This document shows positions 46,510 through 55,902 of a stretch of DNA of 64,000 nucleotides, piece after piece (positions within the stretch are counted from its first letter, which is position 1; every line of letters begins with the position of its first letter). The DNA comes from Patescibacteria group bacterium (GTDB taxonomy: Bacteria > Patescibacteriota > Patescibacteriia > UBA2591 > UBA4787): contig JAQUSN010000002.1 of NCBI GenBank assembly GCA_028715115.1, positions 68,944-132,943 on the forward strand, read 5' to 3'. The notes below the pieces were generated by a model. The model saw nothing but the letters and a program-made list of their open reading frames with translations. It was not told the origin of the DNA and searched no databases. Position numbers and translations under genes: made by a program.

Positions 46510-47823
46510 GTGATCAATTTTTTCTTAAAAAATAGATTTTTTAGAACTTCCAAGCTCGGTTATCTCTTGGTGGTTTTTGTCTTAATGGGTTTTTTGTTTT
46601 TTTTATTTCAAAACGTGCTGGCTATTAGCTGTTGCTATGGTTCTAATATCGAGCCAAGGTGCAAAGATATTACTACTGGATTTTGTCCACTGCCATATAC
46701 CATGCAGGCGAAAGATACTACTTGCGCTAATTGTACTGATTGTTTTTGCCAGGGCAGCTTCGCGCCAGCCGATGCTACTGATCCTGTGCCAACAAAAAAT
46801 ACAGAACAAAAAACTCCAGATATTATCCCTACTCTTCAAGTTCAAATTCCCGGTTTTTCTGGATTTTCCAAAGATATCCAAGTTTGTTTAGAGGAGGGCA
46901 AGACTTTAGACGAGTGTCAAAAGGGCAAAACAGGCTATTCAATTCCATGGATAGGGGAATATTTAATCGCTGTTTATAAATGGGCGGTTAGAGCTATCGC
47001 TATTTTGGCCGTGATAATTATTATGTGGGGCGGGTTGCAGTGGATATTAGCTCGTGGCAATTCCTCGGCCATTACGGAAGCTAAATCAAAAATAAGTTCA
47101 GCTTTGATCGGCATAGTAATTATCGTTGGTATGAATGTTTTTTTGTCGGCTATTAACCCCAATTTAACAATCTTAAAACCTATTACCCTGGGCAAGATTG
47201 AACCAATAATTATCACTCCATTAGATTCAGACAAAGAAGAGGGCGGTATTAGTGGTCCTAATGCCGGTACCAGCATAGATATGGGGGGCAATTGTTTTCC
47301 TGTTAGTGCGGATAGCATCAAACAAACCCAATGGAATTTTGGTAATAGCCGTAGTAGCGGCAAACGTTGTCATGCTGGCATTGATATTTTAACCAATTGG
47401 CGGTCGGGTAATGATAGTGTAGTGGCTATAGGGGACGGTCGCGTTTTGGCTGTTTACGGTTTTTATACTTGTAGTACCGAAACCGGTAAGGGTGGACACG
47501 TTAGTGCAATTTTTATTGATCACAAAAAATTAAATTATACAGTTTTATATGGTGAAGTAGATGATGATAGTATTCTGGTAAAAAATGGAGATGAAGTGAG
47601 GGCTGGTCAACTTTTAGGCCAAGCAAGCCGTTGTGGGATGTTACACCTTGAAATGTATGAAGCCGGTGCCAGAGGAAATAAAACATGGTATCCTCCAAAT
47701 GGACAAAGAGTTGAGAATCAACCTAATTATTGCCAACAAAATTTTTTAAATACAAAGCCGTCAACATTATTGGACCCAACGGCCACTTTAAAATATTTAG
47801 ATGGCAAAAGATGTAGTATTTAA
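46510..47823 (+). CDS. pilin-like module fused to M23 (LytM-type) peptidase domain; putative cell-wall hydrolase of the T4SS-like system
   Basis: N-terminal TM plus a Cys-rich segment. Module YLIAVYKWAVRAIAILAVIIIMWGGLQWILARGNSSAITEAKSKISSALIGIVIIVGMNVFLSAINP. M23 core HAGIDI ... GGHVSAIFIDH ... GMLHLEMYE (HxxxD present; second motif reads HLE rather than HxH). Confidence 0.55.
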   Translation: MINFFLKNRFFRTSKLGYLLVVFVLMGFLFFLFQNVLAISCCYGSNIEPRCKDITTGFCPLPYTMQAKDTTCANCTDCFCQGSFAPADATDPVPTKNTEQKTPDIIPTLQVQIPGFSGFSKDIQVCLEEGKTLDECQKGKTGYSIPWIGEYLIAVYKWAVRAIAILAVIIIMWGGLQWILARGNSSAITEAKSKISSALIGIVIIVGMNVFLSAINPNLTILKPITLGKIEPIIITPLDSDKEEGGISGPNAGTSIDMGGNCFPVSADSIKQTQWNFGNSRSSGKRCHAGIDILTNWRSGNDSVVAIGDGRVLAVYGFYTCSTETGKGGHVSAIFIDHKKLNYTVLYGEVDDDSILVKNGDEVRAGQLLGQASRCGMLHLEMYEAGARGNKTWYPPNGQRVENQPNYCQQNFLNTKPSTLLDPTATLKYLDGKRCSI

Positions 47824-49174
47824 AATTATGGCCTCTAATAAATTAAAAATAATATTTAATTGTTCGAAGTGCGACGCTCAATTTCCTAAATGGTTTGGTC
47901 AGTGTCCGGAGTGTGGTTCGTGGGGAACATTGCAAGAGATGGTTGAAAAACAAACGAGAGCTAAAAGTTTAAACGTCTCAGCTGGCGATGTTATTGATTT
48001 CGAAGAAGTGAAAGGCAGGGAGTTTCCTCGTACCAAAACTGGGCTAGAAGAATTAGATCGTGTTTTAGGTGGTGGCATAGTGCCGGGCTCCTTGATTTTA
48101 CTGGGCGGTGAGCCTGGTATTGGTAAATCGACTCTAGTTCTGCAATTAGCCGCTAAATTAGCTAATAATTCAATTTTATATATTTCTGGAGAAGAGTCGG
48201 CCGAACAAATTAAGATGCGATTGGATCGTCTTAAGTTGCCGACGACGAATTTAAAATTTTTAGGCGAAACCGATATAGAAGTAATTTGCGCTACTATCGA
48301 AAAAGTAAAACCATCTTTGGCGATCATAGATTCAATTCAAACAATTTGGTTTTCTAATCTTCCTTCTGAGGCTGGCAACGTTAACCAAATTAAGGCTTGC
48401 ACGGCAAAATTATTGGAAACTGCCAAAAAAAATAATGTACCTACGGTTATTATTGGTCACGTTACTAAAGAAGGGTTTGTCGCTGGACCAAAAACGCTAG
48501 AACATCTAGTTGATACAGTTCTTTATCTTGAAGGAGACCAATTTCACAACTTTAGACTATTACGCGCGGTAAAAAATCGTTTTGGCGCAACCAATGAAGT
48601 GGGTGTTTTTGATATGCGCGAAGGGGGATTAATAGAAGTTAAAAATCCTTCGGAAATATTTTTAGCTTCGCGAGACAAAGATTTGCCCGGAGTAGTAGTC
48701 GGCGCTATTGTTGAAGGTACGAGATCTTTTTTGGTTGAAGTTCAGGCCCTGGTAACTCAAACGCATTTTGGCTATCCCCAGCGCCGATCTATCGGCTTTG
48801 ACAATAATCGGTTGCAATTAATTACTGCTATTTTATCGCGCCGTTGCGGGATAAATTTAGGTAATTATGATGTTCATATTAATATTGCTGGCGGCATTGA
48901 TATCCGCGAGCCAGCCGTAGACCTACCGGTTTGTTTGTCGATTATTTCGGCTTTTAAAAATAAACCATTTGACCCGAAGATAGCGGCGTGTGGCGAGGTA
49001 GGCTTAGGAGCAGAAGTGCGACCAATAAATAGTATTGAAAAAAGAATCAAAGAAGCGGAGAGATTGGGTTTTAATAAAATATTAGTACCCAGGTCAGATC
49101 TTAAATCAATTAATCGTAAAATAGAGATAATTCAAATTAAAAATTTAAATGACGCAATGAAGTTATGGCTGTAA
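47801..49174 (+). CDS. radA: DNA repair protein RadA (Sms)
   Basis: Zn finger CSKCDAQFPKWFGQCPECGSWGT. Walker A GGEPGIGKSTL. KNRFG motif. Lon-protease-like C-terminal domain. Confidence 0.9.
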   Translation: MAKDVVFKIMASNKLKIIFNCSKCDAQFPKWFGQCPECGSWGTLQEMVEKQTRAKSLNVSAGDVIDFEEVKGREFPRTKTGLEELDRVLGGGIVPGSLILLGGEPGIGKSTLVLQLAAKLANNSILYISGEESAEQIKMRLDRLKLPTTNLKFLGETDIEVICATIEKVKPSLAIIDSIQTIWFSNLPSEAGNVNQIKACTAKLLETAKKNNVPTVIIGHVTKEGFVAGPKTLEHLVDTVLYLEGDQFHNFRLLRAVKNRFGATNEVGVFDMREGGLIEVKNPSEIFLASRDKDLPGVVVGAIVEGTRSFLVEVQALVTQTHFGYPQRRSIGFDNNRLQLITAILSRRCGINLGNYDVHINIAGGIDIREPAVDLPVCLSIISAFKNKPFDPKIAACGEVGLGAEVRPINSIEKRIKEAERLGFNKILVPRSDLKSINRKIEIIQIKNLNDAMKLWL

Positions 49175-49965
49175 GGAACAAAAAAACATTAAGCATAATT
49201 TTAATTATTGTTTTTCTATTTTTTTTACTCAAAATAGGAGCCTTTAATTTTATAGCTGATTGGTTTAATCCTTCCCTTAGAGCAGCAACTAATGGAGGCG
49301 TAAAAACAGGTTCTTTCTTAAATAATTTAGAAAAAAATAATTTATTATCTGAATTGGACAATCTTAAGAATCAAAACACTGAGCTGCAAAAAGAGGTTGT
49401 TTCTTTGCGCGCCGAATTGGTTCAGTTTGATTTATTATCACGGCAAGTTGGGTTTATTGATCAACAAAAATATCATTATGTTCTGTCCAATGTTATCGGT
49501 CAAAACACAGAAGTCGGTATTAATTATTATATAGTCGACAGGGGAAGAGACGATAGAATCAGAGAGGGCGCAGCGGTTATTGTTAATGACGGATATTTGG
49601 TGGGCAAAATTGCCAAGGTCGATAAAAATTATGCTTATTTTTTACCGATTTACGATAATCATTTTTTAACCAGTGTTGATTTTTTAACCAAAGATCCCAA
49701 GGCCGGAGTAATTTCCGGTTTAGCCAAGGGCAAGCATGGCTTGAATATGCAAATAGACTTTGTGCCTTTGGATAAGAATATTAATAATGGTGACTATATT
49801 ATCACCTCTGGCGTAGAAAAAGATATACCGCGAGGATTGATCGTCGGGCAGGTTGAAACGGTAGAAAGAAAGAATGAATCCGCATTTCAAAACATAATAA
49901 CCAAACCCCTTGTTTCCCTGGGAGATTTAAGAATAGTGAGTATAGAGGTTAACGATAATTTATAA
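49165..49965 (+). CDS. mreC: rod shape-determining protein MreC
   Basis: N-terminal TM. Coiled-coil LKNQNTELQKEVVSLRAEL. Beta-barrel domain with G..V...G.LVG.I..V. Followed by mreD-like and PBP2. Confidence 0.65.
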   Translation: MAVRNKKTLSIILIIVFLFFLLKIGAFNFIADWFNPSLRAATNGGVKTGSFLNNLEKNNLLSELDNLKNQNTELQKEVVSLRAELVQFDLLSRQVGFIDQQKYHYVLSNVIGQNTEVGINYYIVDRGRDDRIREGAAVIVNDGYLVGKIAKVDKNYAYFLPIYDNHFLTSVDFLTKDPKAGVISGLAKGKHGLNMQIDFVPLDKNINNGDYIITSGVEKDIPRGLIVGQVETVERKNESAFQNIITKPLVSLGDLRIVSIEVNDNL

Positions 49966-49969
49966 TCAT

Positions 49970-50470
49970 ATGAGATACTTTTTATTTGACCTTTTATTGA
50001 TTTTTTTTATTTTTGCCCAAATAAGCTTTATGCCTCATTTAGGAGTTTTGAGATATTTAAATCTGCCACTTTGTTTTTTAATGGTTTATTTTTTTTGCCG
50101 TAGAAAATTTTTACTAATTTATTTTTTATTAACTGCTATTGTTTTAGATCTATATTCCATTTTTCCACGAGGAATATATTTTGTTATTTTCATTTTAATA
50201 TTTTTACTGCTTAATTGGCTTCAAAAACGCTTTATCGACATTTCGTCAGGCATGAACCTGTTGATTACTATTACGGTCCTATTTGCCTATCAGCTATTTC
50301 TTACCTTTTTGGTTATATTGATTCATTATTTTAGAATATTTTCTTGGCCAGTTATTTTCGATAGGATATATTTTAGAGAAATAATTTTATTTATTTTATT
50401 AAATACGGTTTTAATTTTTATAGTTAATCAATTATGTTCGATCCTTTTAAAGTCGAAACGATTGACTTGA
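49970..50470 (+). CDS. mreD: MreD-like membrane protein
   Basis: 166 aa with 5 hydrophobic helices. Position between mreC and mrdA. Confidence 0.45.
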   Translation: MRYFLFDLLLIFFIFAQISFMPHLGVLRYLNLPLCFLMVYFFCRRKFLLIYFLLTAIVLDLYSIFPRGIYFVIFILIFLLLNWLQKRFIDISSGMNLLITITVLFAYQLFLTFLVILIHYFRIFSWPVIFDRIYFREIILFILLNTVLIFIVNQLCSILLKSKRLT

Positions 50471-52347
50471 GAGCAAGAGAATCGCACATGCACAGTGGTT
50501 CTCGACGCACTTGGGCAGGTGAGGATGGTATTTTTAATGTTGCTGGCGGAGAGCTTCTGATATCACCCGTTAATTCTAAGAAAATCATTGTTTTATATAT
50601 TTTTATAGGCCTTATTTTTTGTTTATTTCTGGGCCGAATTTTTTATTGGCAAGTTTTAGAGGGTAGTCATCGCTCGCTAATTTCTCGCGGTCAGAGCTCA
50701 AGAGTTGAGGTTTTAAAATCCAAACGGGGTTTATTTTATGATCGTAATTTAAATCCATTAGTAAAAAATGCGCCAATTTTTTCTTTGAATGTCGTTCCGG
50801 CAAAATTTGATCGCAAAAATAGCAATGAAACAATTAGTGCTATAGAGCAATTTTTATCTGAAGATCAAAAAAAAGAACTACAAGACAATCTTTCGCAGCT
50901 GCCTATTTATGCTAATGAGTCCATCTTACTTTTAAAGGAGCTAAACTACGATCAAGCCATTTTAATCCAAACGATTTTATCTTCTAATAAGGGAATAGAT
51001 GTTGAATTGCAAGACCAGCGGGTTTATGCTGATTCTTTGGCGTTTTCTCATGTTTTAGGTTACGTAGGAAAGGTTTCTAGAGATGAACTAGCGCAACACC
51101 GTGATTATTTATTTAATGATCTGATAGGCAAGAGCGGTCTAGAAAGTTATTATGAAAGTTACTTAAGAGGGCAATATGGCCAGCAGCGTATTGATATTTT
51201 ACCAACTGGCGAAGAAGAAATATCTTATAATAAACCAGCGATAAATGGAGATAATTTAGTTTTATCAATCGATGGCGATTTACAAAAAAAGTTATTTGAA
51301 TCCTTGGCTGCGCATATTAGAGCTAATGGTAATCGAGGCGGTTCTGCCGTAGCCTTGAATCCAAATACCGGAGAGGTTTTGGCGTTAGTATCTTATCCTT
51401 CATTTAATAGCACCTCTTTGGGTAAAGGGATAAGCATTAACGAATATAATAATATATATCAAAATTCTCATAAGCCATTGTTTTTTAGGACCATTACTGG
51501 CGAATATCCTTCTGGTTCTGTGATTAAGCCGGTTGTTGCCATTGGGGCCCTGGAAGAAAAGATTATTACGCCAATAACAACAGTACTTAGCACCGGAGGA
51601 ATTAGTTTGGGGGGTTGGTTTTTCCCCGACTGGAAGGCCGGTGGACATGGTATATCCAACGTCACTAAGGCCTTAGCTGAATCTGTAAATACTTTTTTCT
51701 ATTACGTTGGCGGTGGTTATAATAATTTCAAAGGTTTGGGGGTAGACGGACTAGATTTTTGGATGAAAAGGTTCGGTTTGGGCAATTTAACCGGCATTGA
51801 CGTAGCCGGTGAGAAATCCGGTTTTGTACCGACTCAACGATGGAAAGAAGAACAGCGTAACGAGCCATGGTATCCGGGCGACACTTATCATTTATCAATT
51901 GGCCAGGGAGACTTGCTGGTAACGCCACTTCAGGTTGCTAATTATACGGCTGCTATTGCCAATGATGGCACTTTATACAAACCATACCTCTTAAAAGAAA
52001 TTATTGATGATGGCAATAAAACTATTTTAAAGATATCACCTAAAATTTTAGCCAATAGGTTAGCTAGTCATGAAAATTTAAGCGTGGTTCGTGATGGCAT
52101 GCGTGCGGCAGTTACCGAAGGAAGCGCCCGCAGTTTATCGACTTTGCCAATTGAGGTGGCGGCTAAAACCGGCACGGCGCAAAATGAAGCCGGTGCTCCT
52201 CATGCCTGGTTTACTTGTTTTGCGCCATATCAAAATCCGCAGATTGTCATAACTGTTTTAGTTGAGAATGGTGTAGAGGGCGGTACGGCCGCGGCGCCAG
52301 TTGCCAAAGATGTTTTGAATTGGTGGGCGGAAAATAGAAATAAATAA
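50434..52347 (+). CDS. mrdA: penicillin-binding protein 2 (peptidoglycan D,D-transpeptidase)
   Basis: N-terminal TM. Dimerisation domain. Transpeptidase motifs SGSVIKP (SxxK), SxN region, KTGTAQ (KTG). Confidence 0.8.
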   Translation: MFDPFKVETIDLRARESHMHSGSRRTWAGEDGIFNVAGGELLISPVNSKKIIVLYIFIGLIFCLFLGRIFYWQVLEGSHRSLISRGQSSRVEVLKSKRGLFYDRNLNPLVKNAPIFSLNVVPAKFDRKNSNETISAIEQFLSEDQKKELQDNLSQLPIYANESILLLKELNYDQAILIQTILSSNKGIDVELQDQRVYADSLAFSHVLGYVGKVSRDELAQHRDYLFNDLIGKSGLESYYESYLRGQYGQQRIDILPTGEEEISYNKPAINGDNLVLSIDGDLQKKLFESLAAHIRANGNRGGSAVALNPNTGEVLALVSYPSFNSTSLGKGISINEYNNIYQNSHKPLFFRTITGEYPSGSVIKPVVAIGALEEKIITPITTVLSTGGISLGGWFFPDWKAGGHGISNVTKALAESVNTFFYYVGGGYNNFKGLGVDGLDFWMKRFGLGNLTGIDVAGEKSGFVPTQRWKEEQRNEPWYPGDTYHLSIGQGDLLVTPLQVANYTAAIANDGTLYKPYLLKEIIDDGNKTILKISPKILANRLASHENLSVVRDGMRAAVTEGSARSLSTLPIEVAAKTGTAQNEAGAPHAWFTCFAPYQNPQIVITVLVENGVEGGTAAAPVAKDVLNWWAENRNK

Positions 52348-52496
52348 ATCGAGTTATCCACAAAGGCTAAAACATGATTTAATAAATTTTTCACTCTTGA
52401 AAGCCGCGATTTTCTTAAACAATAGGACACAAAATTTTATAAATGCAAAATAATTAAATTTTAACGAAAAAGCCGCCAATTTTTGATTTTTGGGGC

Positions 52497-54632
52497 TTGT
52501 TTTTTATCAATTTTTATAGTATACTTATCATATCTATGAAGAAGCAAATAACTAAAAAAATCAATGAAATCAAAGAAAGTAAGCCGACCGGCGATTTAGT
52601 CAAAGACAAAGACAAGAAAGCGGCCAGCCAGGAATATAGCGCTAGCCAAATTACGGTTCTTGACGGATTGGAGCCGGTTAGGAGGCGGCCGGCCATGTAC
52701 ATTGGTTCGGTTGGGCCAGACGGTTTACATCATTTGATTTGGGAAGTTGTTGATAATTCAATCGATGAAGCGATCGGAGGATTTTGTAATAAAATTATTA
52801 TTGAATTATTACCGGATAATTTAATCAGAGTTACTGATAATGGTCGAGGTATTCCTGTTGATATGCACAAGCAAGTCGGTAAATCTGCTCTTGAAGTTGT
52901 TTTAACTAAATTGCATGCCGGCGGTAAATTTAGCCATGATGCTTATAAAGTTTCTGGCGGTTTGCATGGCGTTGGCGTGTCAGTGGTAAACGCCTTGTCA
53001 ATTTATTTAAAAGCAGAGGTTCGCCGCGACGGTGGTTTATGGATGCAAGAATATAAAAAGGGTCAGCCCGTATCAAAAGCTAAACAAGTCGGGAAATCAT
53101 CAGAAAGGGGTACGACCATCACCTTCCAGGCTGATCCGGAAATTTTCCCTAAAATAGAATATAATTGGAATACTATTTTAAATCATTTACGCCAGCAGGC
53201 TTATCTAACTAAGGGCGTAAGAATAATTGTTGTTGATTCTCGCAAGGCCAGTGACATTACTAAACATCAATTTTATTTCGAGGGAGGCATTATTGCTTAT
53301 GTGCAGCATTTGAATCGTACAAATAAAATTAGAAATCAAAATATTTTTTATGTGAACAAAGAATCCGAGGGTATAATAGTTGAAACCGCCTTTCAATATA
53401 TCGACGACTTTATAGAAACGGCTTATAGTTTCGCTAATAATATTTATACGCCCGAAGGCGGAACGCATATATTGGGTTTTCGTACGGCCTTGACCCGCAT
53501 TTTAAATACTTATGGCCGCGCTCATAATTTATTAAAAGAGAAAGACGATAATTTAACCGGTGAAGATACGCGTGAAGGCCTAACAGCCGTGGTCAGCATT
53601 AAGATCCGTGATCCGCAATTCGAAGGTCAAACCAAGGCCAAACTTGGCAATACTGAAGCTAGGCCAGTGGTAGAAACGGTGGTTGGCGAAGCTTTAACCA
53701 CGTTTTTAGAGGAACATCCCCGCGACGCCGAAGATATGATTGCTAAATGTGTTTTGGCAGCTCGGGCCCGGCAAGCGGCTAAAAGCGCTCGCGATGCAGT
53801 ACTGCGCAAAAGCGCTCTAGAAGGGTTTACCTTGCCCGGGAAATTAGCTGATTGTTCTTCTCGCGAGGCTGAAAAATGCGAATTATTTATTGTTGAGGGT
53901 GATTCGGCCGGTGGCAGCTGTAAAATGGGTCGCGATCGTCAGTTTCAGGCTATTTTGCCGCTGAGAGGTAAGGTTTTAAACGTCGAGCGGGCCCGTTTAG
54001 ATAAAATTTTAGCTAATCAAGAATTAAAATCACTAATTATTGCCTTGGGCACTAATATCGGCGAGCAGTTTGATATAACAAAGTTGCGTTATCATAAAAT
54101 TATTATTATGTCTGATGCTGACGTCGATGGTATGCATATCAGAACTTTACTTTTGACTTTTTTCTATCGTTATATGCCGCAGCTTATTGAAAATAATTAT
54201 TTATATATTGCTCAGCCGCCGTTATATAGAATTAATTATAATCGTGAAATAAAATATTTTTATTCTGACGAAGAAAAAGATAATTTTTTGGAAAGCGTTC
54301 CTAGTCATAAAAAATCAGTTGCAGCCACAAAAAAGATTGCCAAGGGTTTCGTTGTGCAGAAAATAGGCGAAACTACTCAGCCAGAGCAAGAAGAAAAGAA
54401 AGAAGTTGAGGCCGGCGTAAATATCCAGCGCTATAAAGGTTTGGGCGAGATGAATCCTGAAGAATTATTTACCACCACCATGGATTATAATAAAAGAACC
54501 CTAAAACAGGTGGCAATTGACGATATTTCTTTGGCTGACGAGGTTTTTGACATATTAATGGGCAAGGAGGTTGAGCCTCGCAAAAAGTTCATCCAAACTC
54601 ATGCCAAGACCGTCCAAAACCTTGACATTTAA
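52497..54632 (+). CDS. gyrB: DNA gyrase subunit B (type IIA topoisomerase ATPase subunit; ParE not excluded)
   Basis: GHKL ATPase motifs (LHHLIWEVVDNSIDE, GLHGVGVSVVNALS). Toprim EGDSAGGS. C-terminal QRYKGLGEMNPEEL. The true start may be the internal Met at 52536 (MKKQITKK). Confidence 0.8.
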   Translation: MFFINFYSILIISMKKQITKKINEIKESKPTGDLVKDKDKKAASQEYSASQITVLDGLEPVRRRPAMYIGSVGPDGLHHLIWEVVDNSIDEAIGGFCNKIIIELLPDNLIRVTDNGRGIPVDMHKQVGKSALEVVLTKLHAGGKFSHDAYKVSGGLHGVGVSVVNALSIYLKAEVRRDGGLWMQEYKKGQPVSKAKQVGKSSERGTTITFQADPEIFPKIEYNWNTILNHLRQQAYLTKGVRIIVVDSRKASDITKHQFYFEGGIIAYVQHLNRTNKIRNQNIFYVNKESEGIIVETAFQYIDDFIETAYSFANNIYTPEGGTHILGFRTALTRILNTYGRAHNLLKEKDDNLTGEDTREGLTAVVSIKIRDPQFEGQTKAKLGNTEARPVVETVVGEALTTFLEEHPRDAEDMIAKCVLAARARQAAKSARDAVLRKSALEGFTLPGKLADCSSREAEKCELFIVEGDSAGGSCKMGRDRQFQAILPLRGKVLNVERARLDKILANQELKSLIIALGTNIGEQFDITKLRYHKIIIMSDADVDGMHIRTLLLTFFYRYMPQLIENNYLYIAQPPLYRINYNREIKYFYSDEEKDNFLESVPSHKKSVAATKKIAKGFVVQKIGETTQPEQEEKKEVEAGVNIQRYKGLGEMNPEELFTTTMDYNKRTLKQVAIDDISLADEVFDILMGKEVEPRKKFIQTHAKTVQNLDI

Positions 54633-54695
54633 AATAGGTGTTTTATAATATTTAAACAACCCTGCGGGGGTTCTTTTAAAATAGTTTACTTCATT

Positions 54696-54878
54696 ATGAT
54701 CAATAAACTTGTGGAATACATAAAAAATTCCCGACTAGAATTACAAAAAGTAGTTTGGCCAACTCGCAAAGTATTAATCAAGCATACTTTGTCCGTGATT
54801 GCTTTTAGTTTGGTTATGGCTTTCTTCTTGGGAATTATTGATTTCGGCTTAACTAGAGTTGTTCAATTATTAATTTAA
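54696..54878 (+). CDS. secE: preprotein translocase subunit SecE
   Basis: ELQKVVWPTRKVLIKHTLSVIAFSLVMAFFLGIIDFG single-TM SecE pattern. Precedes nusG. Confidence 0.8.
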   Translation: MINKLVEYIKNSRLELQKVVWPTRKVLIKHTLSVIAFSLVMAFFLGIIDFGLTRVVQLLI

Positions 54879-54891
54879 TCGAATATAAATT

Positions 54892-55434
54892 ATGGCTAAA
54901 CAGGTAGAACAAGGTAAAAGATGGTATGCGATTCATACCTATTCCGGCTATGAAGAGAACGTGATAGAAAGTCTTAAACAGAGAATTGCCTCTATGGGAA
55001 TGCAGGACAAAATTTTTAACGTTTTGATTCCTACTGAAAAAAGAATTAAGATAAAGGGCGGGAAAAGGAAAATTATTACTGAAAAAATGTTTTCAGGCTA
55101 TGTTTTAGTCGAGATGATTGTAACTGACGATTCTTGGTATGTAGTTAGAAATACTCCGAACGTGACAGGTTTTATTGGTACCGGCACCATTCCTACGCCA
55201 TTGTCGGAAGAAGAAATTAAAGTTATTCAAAAAAGAATGGGCATTGAAGAGCCAAAATATAAAATTGACATTAAAGTCGGAGACTTAGTTAAAATCACCG
55301 ATGGCCCATTTAAAAACTTCGAAGGCAAGGTGGCTGAAACTGACGAAGAAAGAGGCAAGGTTAAAGTGTTGATTTCCGTTTTTAGTCGAGAAACGCCCGC
55401 CGAATTGGACTTTTTACAAGTCAAAAAAATATAA
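54892..55434 (+). CDS. nusG: transcription termination/antitermination factor NusG
   Basis: [19 protein letters not shown] domain. C-terminal KOW ([18 protein letters not shown]). Confidence 0.9.
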   Translation: MAKQVEQGKRWYAIHTYSGYEENVIESLKQRIASMGMQDKIFNVLIPTEKRIKIKGGKRKIITEKMFSGYVLVEMIVTDDSWYVVRNTPNVTGFIGTGTIPTPLSEEEIKVIQKRMGIEEPKYKIDIKVGDLVKITDGPFKNFEGKVAETDEERGKVKVLISVFSRETPAELDFLQVKKI

Positions 55435-55451
55435 TACATAAAAATAATAAT

Positions 55452-55880
55452 ATGGCAGTTAAAAAAATTAAAACAGTCATTAAACTTCAAATTCCGGCTT
55501 CTCAGGCTACGCCAGCTCCGCCAGTTGGTCCGGCTTTGGGCCAGCATGGTTTAAATATTGCAGAATTTTGTAAAAAGTTTAATGATCAAACTAAAGATAA
55601 AGCCGGCAATACTGTTCCGGTCGAAATCACCGTTTATGAAGACAGAAGCTATACTTTTATTTTAAAAACTCCGCCTACTCCAGAGTTGATTAAAAAGGCA
55701 ATTGGCATTGAAAAGGGTTCAGGTAAATCTTTGCGGGAAAAGGCCGGCAAAATAACGCGCAAACAAATTGCCGATATTGCTAAAATAAAAATGCCAGATC
55801 TGAACGCCAATAGCTTGGAAGCAGCCATGAGAACGGTTGAGGGTACAGCTAAACAAATGGGAGTTCAAGTGATTGATTAA
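55452..55880 (+). CDS. rplK: 50S ribosomal protein L11
   Basis: [26 protein letters not shown]. Confidence 0.95.
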   Translation: MAVKKIKTVIKLQIPASQATPAPPVGPALGQHGLNIAEFCKKFNDQTKDKAGNTVPVEITVYEDRSYTFILKTPPTPELIKKAIGIEKGSGKSLREKAGKITRKQIADIAKIKMPDLNANSLEAAMRTVEGTAKQMGVQVID

Positions 55881-55902
55881 TCAATAATTTATATTTTAAT
55901 AT

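Noticed and set aside
52380-52496. Promoter and terminator in the 150-nt gap before gyrB (AAAAGCCGCC..GGGGCTTGTTTTTT; CTTGTT-18-TATACT)
   Set aside because: The hairpin is imperfect and the hexamers are weak. That is too uncertain to report as features.
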